The notes under the pieces were generated by a model. The model did no database searches, was not told the DNA's origin, and saw nothing but the letters and a program-made list of their open reading frames with translations. A stretch of DNA of 64,000 nt from Candidatus Woesebacteria bacterium GW2011_GWB1_33_38 (GTDB lineage Bacteria; Patescibacteriota; Microgenomatia; UBA8517), in NCBI GenBank assembly GCA_000990005.1, contig LBPF01000003.1, forward strand, positions 71,479-135,478. The letters are read 5' to 3'. The translations under genes and the position numbers were made by a program. Shown here in pieces: positions 57,391 through 64,000 of this stretch; position 1 is the stretch's first letter; every line of letters starts with the position of its first letter.

Positions 57391-58311
57391 ATGCCAACAA
57401 CTGCCCAAAATACAAGCTTTCGTGATTTACTAAAGTTAAAAAGTTTAGAAACTCAAAAAAGTTTTAAGGAAACTTTCCCTGATGCTCACCAATTTTTATT
57501 AGGGAAAGGATTGGAGCTTAAAAATTTAAGGCAATATTCAGCAAAACTAATTTCAGCTGGTGCTTTGACCGGAACACTTCTTCTTTCTCCTCCAACTGGA
57601 GCGACCCAGTTACCTATACCACTTGATATTGTGCAAAATATAGACAATTCAAATGCTAATGTAGTTCCACAGGAAGAATTTATAAATACCTTGAAAAAAT
57701 TGTTACCCTCAGAGGTAAGACCACTTGCTCGCGATGAAGAAAAAAGATTAGAAGTAGTAATTAGTGATATTTTAAGAATCAATTCCAAGGCAACACTTGA
57801 AGGGGAACATCTTAATACTACCTATGGTTATATTGGAGCTGAACAACATTTAAAAAGATATCCAGGAGATATTTTAGAAAACCATGGACCATATTACAAA
57901 GAAGGAATTGCTCCAGGTCTTGGTGCTTGGGGCTATTTTGCAAAATCAAAAGCAAATCTAACTGCAAATTTGGAAGAAACTGAGAAATGGTATTCAGTTG
58001 CTCAAACGCTTTATCTCCCAGACTGGAACAGTAGACAGCCATATTTAAGGGATTGGTATAAATATAGAAAACTATTAATTGTTAATACGGTCAATGGTAA
58101 TGCTGTTGTAACAGCACTTGCAGATTCAGGTCCTGCTGTTTGGACTGGAAAACACTTTGGTGGAAGCCCTGAAGTAATGGAATATCTAGGTGGAGCGCGG
58201 TACAAAAAAGGTGCAGTTTTGGTTTTTTTTGTTGACGATCCAGAAAACAAAATAAAATTAGGACCAGTTGTATATAATGATTTAAGCGGAAAGGATTTGA
58301 TAAAAATATGA
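57391..58311 (+). CDS. Hypothetical protein with C-terminal RlpA/3D-like double-psi beta-barrel-like region
   Basis: ..IVNTVNGNAVVTALADSGP..GAVLVFFV.. resembles the RlpA DPBB core; weak. Confidence 0.35.
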   Translation: MPTTAQNTSFRDLLKLKSLETQKSFKETFPDAHQFLLGKGLELKNLRQYSAKLISAGALTGTLLLSPPTGATQLPIPLDIVQNIDNSNANVVPQEEFINTLKKLLPSEVRPLARDEEKRLEVVISDILRINSKATLEGEHLNTTYGYIGAEQHLKRYPGDILENHGPYYKEGIAPGLGAWGYFAKSKANLTANLEETEKWYSVAQTLYLPDWNSRQPYLRDWYKYRKLLIVNTVNGNAVVTALADSGPAVWTGKHFGGSPEVMEYLGGARYKKGAVLVFFVDDPENKIKLGPVVYNDLSGKDLIKI

Positions 58312-58634
58312 CAGTACTTTTCTACGATAAATTGGTAGTTCTTAAGGGAGTTGACAAAAAAATAGAGAAGTTGGTGCAAGCAAATGATGAAAGACAAGAG
58401 CTTTGGCAAATGGTAGAAGAGATTGTTCACCATAAAGTTTTAGGTTGTTGTCTAACCCATTTACCACATGAACATCATCATCAGTTTTTGGAAATGTTTC
58501 ATGCTAGACCTCACGATACTAAGCTACTTGAATATCTAGATATCAAATCTAAAAAAGATATGAAGAAAATTATTAAAGAAGAAATAAAAAATTTAACTAA
58601 GGATCTCCTCCTTCTTGACTCTCACAAAGTGTAA
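58308..58634 (+). CDS. Hypothetical His/Cys-rich small protein
   Basis: ORF; ..CCLTHLPHEHHHQF.. Confidence 0.3.
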   Translation: MTVLFYDKLVVLKGVDKKIEKLVQANDERQELWQMVEEIVHHKVLGCCLTHLPHEHHHQFLEMFHARPHDTKLLEYLDIKSKKDMKKIIKEEIKNLTKDLLLLDSHKV

Positions 58635-60122
58635 CCAATCCTCAAGAATTTCCAAGAAAGTTTTTAAAGGGGCTTCAATAATAAAGTCAAAAATAAAACT
58701 TAAGATATTAAATTTGCTTATTTGATTTGATAAAAATTGTCCAACTTTAATAATGGGTAAAAATAAATAATCTAGAAGTGTTTCTAAAAATGATTCATTA
58801 TAATTATCAGGTAGTTGATAATCCTTAGAAATTTCTCTAACACGAAAAGCAAAAAAAGAAACTACAGATAAAAAGAATAAAAATATGATTTGGCTTATTG
58901 AACTAAAACCTAAAAGATTCAAAAACCATAATAGTCCTAAAACAAGAAAAGTTGTTGTGGTTAAAAATAAATAGAAAAATATTCTATCAGTTTTACCTTC
59001 TTTATTGTTAATTTTAATATATTCTGGAGTTATTTTAGTTTCCTCGGTATAAAAATATTCTTTGACTTTTTCAACCATACTTTCGGTATTTTTCTTATCT
59101 GGAAGTTTTACAGATGAATTAAAAAGTATCATTAGAGAAGGTGGAAATAAGATATTTATGGTTAATACGACATAATTAATTTTACTAAACATTATTTCTA
59201 TAGGAATTTCAATTAAAATAGCAAGAACCATTTTAGTTAAAAAGATATAAACGATACTTCTTTTGGAAGCTCTAATTACTTTGTCCTTGGTTTCAATATA
59301 TTTTTCCTCTAATATTTTAATGGCAGTTTTTGTTAAAACTTCACTATTGCCTGAAAACACTTCTATATTATTTGTATTTTCAATAATTTCTCGGATTAAA
59401 TTAAAAGGAGGGATCATTTGGCCAATCTTTCTTTTTAGAATATCTTTCTTTGAATAATTTAGATGTTTGTCGATTAATTTAAGAGTTTCAGACAATTTAA
59501 TTGGATCTGACCACTTCGGTAATAATACTTTAAGTAGTTTATAGGTTATTATAGTTTCACTGTTTTTGGCAAACGACCTTTCAACTGCTATATATATTTG
59601 AATATTTTTTGTTGCTAAATCGTTTTCTTCAAATTCTATTCTGGGAGTAATTGATGCTGAAACGAAATTAATAAGTATTTGATTTAATGGATTAAAACTT
59701 AGCACTTCTTCTATTTCGCAGGAGCATAGACCAATGAGTTTTTCAGAATAATTTGGTTTAAGGTTATTAATTACTTCTCTATACTTACTAATAATTAATG
59801 ATAGTGCTGATATTTTTGACGAGGCTATAGTGTTATTAATAAAATATTTAGCCCAAGATAATTCTTTAATTAATAGATTAGCAATTTTATTACTCTCTTG
59901 ATTTAAAAATAGTCTTCGTTTTAATATTCTTTCAATTGCTGCAACACGAACAAGATGTTCGTCCCGAAATTCAACAGCATTTCTAGCCTTTTCATATAAA
60001 AAAGCAAGATTTGAAGCAGTTTTTGTAGTTTTAATTGTTTCTGTAGTTACTTTTTGCCCAAATTTTTCGGCACTCTTTAAATCCTGAATTAAGCTGAGCG
60101 TTGTTTTATTTAGTGTTGTCAT
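58593..60122 (-). CDS. Hypothetical polytopic membrane protein (509 aa)
   Basis: ~290-aa soluble N-region followed by multiple TM helices. Confidence 0.45.
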   Translation of the reverse strand: MTTLNKTTLSLIQDLKSAEKFGQKVTTETIKTTKTASNLAFLYEKARNAVEFRDEHLVRVAAIERILKRRLFLNQESNKIANLLIKELSWAKYFINNTIASSKISALSLIISKYREVINNLKPNYSEKLIGLCSCEIEEVLSFNPLNQILINFVSASITPRIEFEENDLATKNIQIYIAVERSFAKNSETIITYKLLKVLLPKWSDPIKLSETLKLIDKHLNYSKKDILKRKIGQMIPPFNLIREIIENTNNIEVFSGNSEVLTKTAIKILEEKYIETKDKVIRASKRSIVYIFLTKMVLAILIEIPIEIMFSKINYVVLTINILFPPSLMILFNSSVKLPDKKNTESMVEKVKEYFYTEETKITPEYIKINNKEGKTDRIFFYLFLTTTTFLVLGLLWFLNLLGFSSISQIIFLFFLSVVSFFAFRVREISKDYQLPDNYNESFLETLLDYLFLPIIKVGQFLSNQISKFNILSFIFDFIIEAPLKTFLEILEDWLHFVRVKKEEILS

Positions 60123-60154
60123 ATATTTTCAAATGACAGTATACTATTTTATGA

Positions 60155-60183
60155 TTGACAAAGTTATCAAAGTTGTTTAAAGT
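60155..60183 (+). promoter_or_regulatory. Putative promoter TTGACA-N17-TAAAGT 5 nt upstream of ATG 60189
   Basis: Read directly. Confidence 0.4.
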
Positions 60184-60188
60184 TAACA

Positions 60189-60896
60189 ATGCCCAAAAGT
60201 AAAAGTGACGGATTTATTCATTTAGTACCTCTCTTAGTGATTGCAATAGCTGTTCTTACTATTAGTTTTACTGACTTTTCCAAGATTAAATCAAATTCAA
60301 CTTCAAACCAATCAGTTTTGAGTGAATCTGCAGGCGAGGATAATAATGGAGAAGACAAAAAAGATGAGGAAGATCAAAAAGAAGAAGAATCTAAAAGAAT
60401 AGAAACTAGAATTAAGACAAAATCTCGTGAATCAGAAGATGAAGTCGACGCTGATGAAGAAAATGAGTCGGAAACTGAAGTTGAAGTTGAAGATGAGTTG
60501 AAGGTAAAAGTCAAAATTAAGTTAAACGGAAGCGAATTTGAATTCGAATCTGAAGGAATTAATGCTGAAAGCAATTTTCCACTTTCTATTAATCCTGATA
60601 CAAATGAGTTGGTTGTGACAACCACAAAGGGTGAGAAAGTTGTAAGTATACTCCCAGATCAGGCTGTTGAGAATATGCTTGATAGTGAAAAGATTACTAC
60701 TGTTTTATCAACAAACATTGATGAAGATGAAAACGGGGAATTGGAGTATCAAATTGAGGGACAAGACGAAGAAAAGTTATTGGGCTTATTTAATATTAAA
60801 ATTCACAAAAAGTTTGTAGTTTCTGCGACCACTGGTCAAGAAATATCTTCTCAGGTTGATTTTCTAAATCAACTTCTTGACCTATTATCCTTCTAA
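60189..60896 (+). CDS. Hypothetical secreted highly acidic protein
   Basis: N-terminal TM/signal helix; Asp/Glu-rich low-complexity region. Confidence 0.45.
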   Translation: MPKSKSDGFIHLVPLLVIAIAVLTISFTDFSKIKSNSTSNQSVLSESAGEDNNGEDKKDEEDQKEEESKRIETRIKTKSRESEDEVDADEENESETEVEVEDELKVKVKIKLNGSEFEFESEGINAESNFPLSINPDTNELVVTTTKGEKVVSILPDQAVENMLDSEKITTVLSTNIDEDENGELEYQIEGQDEEKLLGLFNIKIHKKFVVSATTGQEISSQVDFLNQLLDLLSF

Positions 60897-60927
60897 ATAG
60901 CTTATAATTTATTCTTATGAAGAAAAT

Positions 60928-61884
60928 ATGAAGAAACGATTTCAATCTGGATATGTTGACTTATTTATAACTATCTTGGCTTCAGCAGTTTTTATAGCTT
61001 CATTTGTAATAACATTTTTGAATGATAATGAGACCATCAAGGAAACTCAAATTCCACTCACCAGTATAATTTCTAATCCTACGACCACTCCATCATCGGC
61101 ACCAACAGTTACTCCTACGATAGTGGCAACTTTTATTCCAACTACAAAACCCACCATAAAGTCAACGGCTGTTCCGATTATTATTAATATTCCGCCAAAT
61201 GCTGGATATTCAAGACAAAGTGTAAAAACAGACGCAGGAATTTTTACTGTTAGTATAATTTCTGCAGATATATCCTCGACGAGAGTAATCGTTGATACAG
61301 CTTCAACTTCTGACTGCAATAGTAACTGCCCGGTGTTATCTTTATCTGATTATGTTTCTCGTAATAATGGATTTGCGGGTATAAACGGGACTTACTTTTG
61401 CCCAAAAGATTATCCAAGTTGTGTTGGTAAAGAAAATTCTTTTGATCTTTTGGTTATGAATAAAGATAAATATTATTTTAATTCTGGGAACAACGTATAC
61501 AGTACAAACCCAGTTGTTGGATTTAGAAGCGGGTCTGTTAATTTTGTAACAGCTGGTAGTCAATGGGGCAGGGATACTTCGCTAACAGGAGTACTTATGA
61601 ATTATCCACTTTTAGTTTTTAATGGGAATGTAACATTTGGAGGAGATGGTGACCCCAAAACGGGCAGTAAAGGGTCAAGAAGTTTTGTTGCAAATAGAGG
61701 AAATGTTGTTTATATTGGTGTTGTTCACTCTGCAACAGTTGCGGAATCTGCCAGAGTTATGAAAACATTAGGAATGGATAATGCCTTAAATTTGGACAAT
61801 GGTGGGTCAACGGCTCTTTGGTTTGGGGGCTATAAAGTCGGTCCAGGAAGACAAATCCCTAATGCAATAATTTTTGTTAGATAG
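60928..61884 (+). CDS. Phosphodiester glycosidase-family (DUF2233/NAGPA-like) secreted protein with Thr/Pro-rich linker
   Basis: ..AGINGTYF.. and C-terminal ..LNLDNGGSTALWFGG.. Confidence 0.55.
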   Translation: MKKRFQSGYVDLFITILASAVFIASFVITFLNDNETIKETQIPLTSIISNPTTTPSSAPTVTPTIVATFIPTTKPTIKSTAVPIIINIPPNAGYSRQSVKTDAGIFTVSIISADISSTRVIVDTASTSDCNSNCPVLSLSDYVSRNNGFAGINGTYFCPKDYPSCVGKENSFDLLVMNKDKYYFNSGNNVYSTNPVVGFRSGSVNFVTAGSQWGRDTSLTGVLMNYPLLVFNGNVTFGGDGDPKTGSKGSRSFVANRGNVVYIGVVHSATVAESARVMKTLGMDNALNLDNGGSTALWFGGYKVGPGRQIPNAIIFVR

Positions 61885-61886
61885 TC

Positions 61887-63095
61887 TTAACTTGTGAATG
61901 TTATAGCAATGCCTTTTTTATCTGCTCTGCCTGTTCTTCCAATTCTATGAATATAAGTATCATAGTCTTGAGGTTGATCATAATTTATAACATGACTGAC
62001 GTTTGGAATATCAAGTCCGCGGGAAGCCACGTCTGTTGCTATTAATATATTTATTCTATCAGCCTTAAACATTTCCAGTGTTTTTATTCTTTGATTTTGG
62101 CGTTTATTACCATGAATTGCATCTGCTTTGAATCCTTTAAATCTAAGTTCATTAGACAATTTTTGTACTCCATGTTTGGTTCTACCAAAAATAAGTACTT
62201 TTTCAAATCCCCTTTTACTTAAAAGTTCAAAAAGTTTGTTTATTTTTTGTCCTTGGTGCTCTATTTTTATGACTTCCTGAGCGACATTTTCTGCGGTATC
62301 CCCAGTTTTAACGGAAATTGTTACAGGATCGCTATTTACAAATTGTTTCAAAACTTCTTTGACTTTTCCATCAATTGTTGCCGAAAAAAACAGAGATTGC
62401 CTATTTCTTGGAAGTAAGGAAATTAATTTTTGAATGTCATGCAAAAAACCAATATCTACCATATGATCTGCTTCATCCAAAACTACATTAGTAAAATTAC
62501 TTAAATTTAAAGACCTTGTATTTACATGATCTAAAAGTCGTCCAGGAGTTCCAATTACAAAGTTAGGATTTCTGTTTAATTCCTGTCTTTGTCGGTTCAT
62601 GTTTTCTCCACCAATTGCCAGACTAGAGTAAAGTCCTAAGCCTCTTGAAATTGAAAAGAATTCATCTTGAATTTGTTTAGCAAGTTCTCTTGTTGGTGCA
62701 ACTATTAATACTTTTTCATTCCTGTCTTTTAACATTTTGTCTAAAAGTGGAATTAAAAATGCCAATGTTTTACCAGTTCCTGTATTTGCAATTCCAATTA
62801 GGTCCCTTCCTTTTAATATTTCAGGAACAGATTGGTCTTGAATAGGTGTGGGGTTTTTGTAATTTCTGTATGAAATATTTCTTTTTAATCTATCATCAAT
62901 TCTAAAGTTATCAAATGTATTCTGGCTAACATATTCGGTTCTAGCTACAGTTTCGGTTGTTTTTAAATTACTAATTGCGTGGGTTGGATCAAACATTTTA
63001 ATGTTACGCCTAAGTCCAGTAAAACTTCTTCCGCTGTTACCAAGAAAATTGCCACGACTTCCGCCACGAAATCCATATTTAGATCTGTTATACAT
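61887..63095 (-). CDS. DEAD-box ATP-dependent RNA helicase
   Basis: Q motif, ..ATGTGKT.., VLDEADHM, SAT, HRIGRTGR. Confidence 0.92.
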   Translation of the reverse strand: MYNRSKYGFRGGSRGNFLGNSGRSFTGLRRNIKMFDPTHAISNLKTTETVARTEYVSQNTFDNFRIDDRLKRNISYRNYKNPTPIQDQSVPEILKGRDLIGIANTGTGKTLAFLIPLLDKMLKDRNEKVLIVAPTRELAKQIQDEFFSISRGLGLYSSLAIGGENMNRQRQELNRNPNFVIGTPGRLLDHVNTRSLNLSNFTNVVLDEADHMVDIGFLHDIQKLISLLPRNRQSLFFSATIDGKVKEVLKQFVNSDPVTISVKTGDTAENVAQEVIKIEHQGQKINKLFELLSKRGFEKVLIFGRTKHGVQKLSNELRFKGFKADAIHGNKRQNQRIKTLEMFKADRINILIATDVASRGLDIPNVSHVINYDQPQDYDTYIHRIGRTGRADKKGIAITFTS

Positions 63096-63152
63096 AAATT
63101 AATTAATGGGGAAAAACCAAAGAAGTAAATTTAAATTACTACCAGTCTTTCA

Positions 63153-63172
63153 AGTATCAAAAACTTGATACT
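63153..63172. repeat. Inverted repeat AGTATCAA-AAAC-TTGATACT upstream of the DEAD-box helicase gene
   Basis: Read directly. Confidence 0.4.
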
Positions 63173-63206
63173 CTCACACCAATAAAAGTATATTAGCAGT
63201 TTTCAA

Positions 63207-64000
63207 TTACTTAAGCAAGTCAGAAGCCTCAGACACATTTTTTGTTGCCATAAGTTTAAATCTTAAAGCACTAGCTCCCTTAAAACTATTAATATACATC
63301 TTAAAAAACTTTTTAATGCTTTCGTAATTTTGATCAGGTCTTAAAAGACTTAAATGTTTCAAAAGTATTTCTTTATATTCTTGCTGAGAGTGCGTTTTAC
63401 TATTGTTTTTGTCAAATACCCAAGGGTTTGAAAATATACCTCTACCTATCATAACTCCATCAACTTTATACTTTTTGTGGTATTCAAGTATTTGATCGTA
63501 ACTTTTAACATCCCCGTTTCCAATTACTACTGTGTGGGGAGAAGTTGCATTTTTAATTTCAACCGCTTTGGCTATTTCTTCCCAGTTTGCTGGAACATCT
63601 GACATTTGTCTTGCTGTTCTCCCGTGTATTGTTAACGCATCAATATTTTGTTCGAGTAAAAAAGTGATCCAATCGTTGGTTACAGCTTCTTTAACCCCAA
63701 TTCGAGTTTTGACACTTACGGGTAAATTATTTGCGCCTTTTTGGGTAGCACTGATTATTTCTTTAACCAGAGGACGGTTATTAATTAAAGCCGAGCAAGC
63801 TCCGGTTTTAACAACAGCTCTAACAGGGCACCCCATGTTGATATCAACTCCATCAAAACCTAAATCTTTAATAATTTTGGCGGATTTAAAAAAGTTTTCA
63901 GGGTTTGTTCCCCAAATTTGGGCTACAATTGGTTTTTGTCTTAGGCTAAATTTAAGTTTACTTAACGCCATCTTAACACCTGCTGAATTTAGACTGTCAA
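63207..64000 (-). CDS. dus: tRNA-dihydrouridine synthase (5' end runs off the window)
   Basis: ..GFDGVDINMGCP.. FMN/TIM-barrel motifs; the reading frame stays open to the window edge. Confidence 0.85.
   Translation of the reverse strand, partial: DSLNSAGVKMALSKLKFSLRQKPIVAQIWGTNPENFFKSAKIIKDLGFDGVDINMGCPVRAVVKTGACSALINNRPLVKEIISATQKGANNLPVSVKTRIGVKEAVTNDWITFLLEQNIDALTIHGRTARQMSDVPANWEEIAKAVEIKNATSPHTVVIGNGDVKSYDQILEYHKKYKVDGVMIGRGIFSNPWVFDKNNSKTHSQQEYKEILLKHLSLLRPDQNYESIKKFFKMYINSFKGASALRFKLMATKNVSEASDLLK

Noticed and set aside
1-64000. Alternative genetic code (UGA recoding as in some CPR lineages)
   Set aside because: Multiple conserved genes end cleanly at TGA where orthologs end (for example rplW/rplB overlap ATGA; rpmJ), and no conserved protein requires read-through of TGA.
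1-64000. CRISPR arrays, rRNA genes, integrase or transposase genes
   Set aside because: No regularly spaced direct repeats, no rRNA-like conserved stretches, and no ORF with tyrosine/serine recombinase or DDE motifs were seen; the insertions described lack a recognisable mobilisation gene.

Overview
This is a low-GC (about 35%), tightly packed bacterial window that uses the standard genetic code (TGA is a stop). The gene content and reduced architecture resemble a Candidate Phyla Radiation (CPR)/Patescibacteria genome: there is no L30 gene between rpsE and rplO, the RNase P RNA is minimal (about 275 nt), RNase Y and RpoA appear N-terminally short, and many genes overlap. The backbone is the 3' end of rpoC, the str operon (rpsL-rpsG-fusA-tuf) and an almost complete S10-spc-alpha ribosomal super-operon running through rplQ-rplM-rpsI. 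Downstream lie a MacAB-like tripartite efflux module, a NUDIX hydrolase, tRNA-Pro(GGG), recA-recX, RNase Y, HU, an ABC-2 transporter, miaA, an AI-2E transporter, rnpB, dtd, nth, secDF, cca, recJ, aspS (archaeal-type), dacA-like, gltX, a DEAD-box helicase and dus. The conserved backbone is interrupted in several places. (1) A 1.6-kb insert sits between rpsG and fusA and carries a band-7 (SPFH) protein flanked by two small ORFs. (2) An AbiEi/AbiEii type IV toxin-antitoxin/abortive-infection pair sits between fusA and tuf. (3) A membrane-protein gene sits between secY and adk. (4) An FCS-zinc-finger/HEAR/nuclease gene follows tRNA-Pro. (5) An RlmA-like rRNA methyltransferase plus a HigB/HigA-like TA pair is inserted at the 3' end of cca, leaving a degenerate duplicate of the last ~30 cca codons. 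A conserved element, TTG(A/C)AT-TTCGCAGAGAGAGAG-TA(A/G)T, recurs three times, each time directly upstream of an unrelated small ORF. Many genes show near-consensus sigma70-like promoters only 4-10 nt upstream of their ATG, so the transcripts appear to be leaderless. I found no CRISPR array, rRNA, or integrase/transposase.
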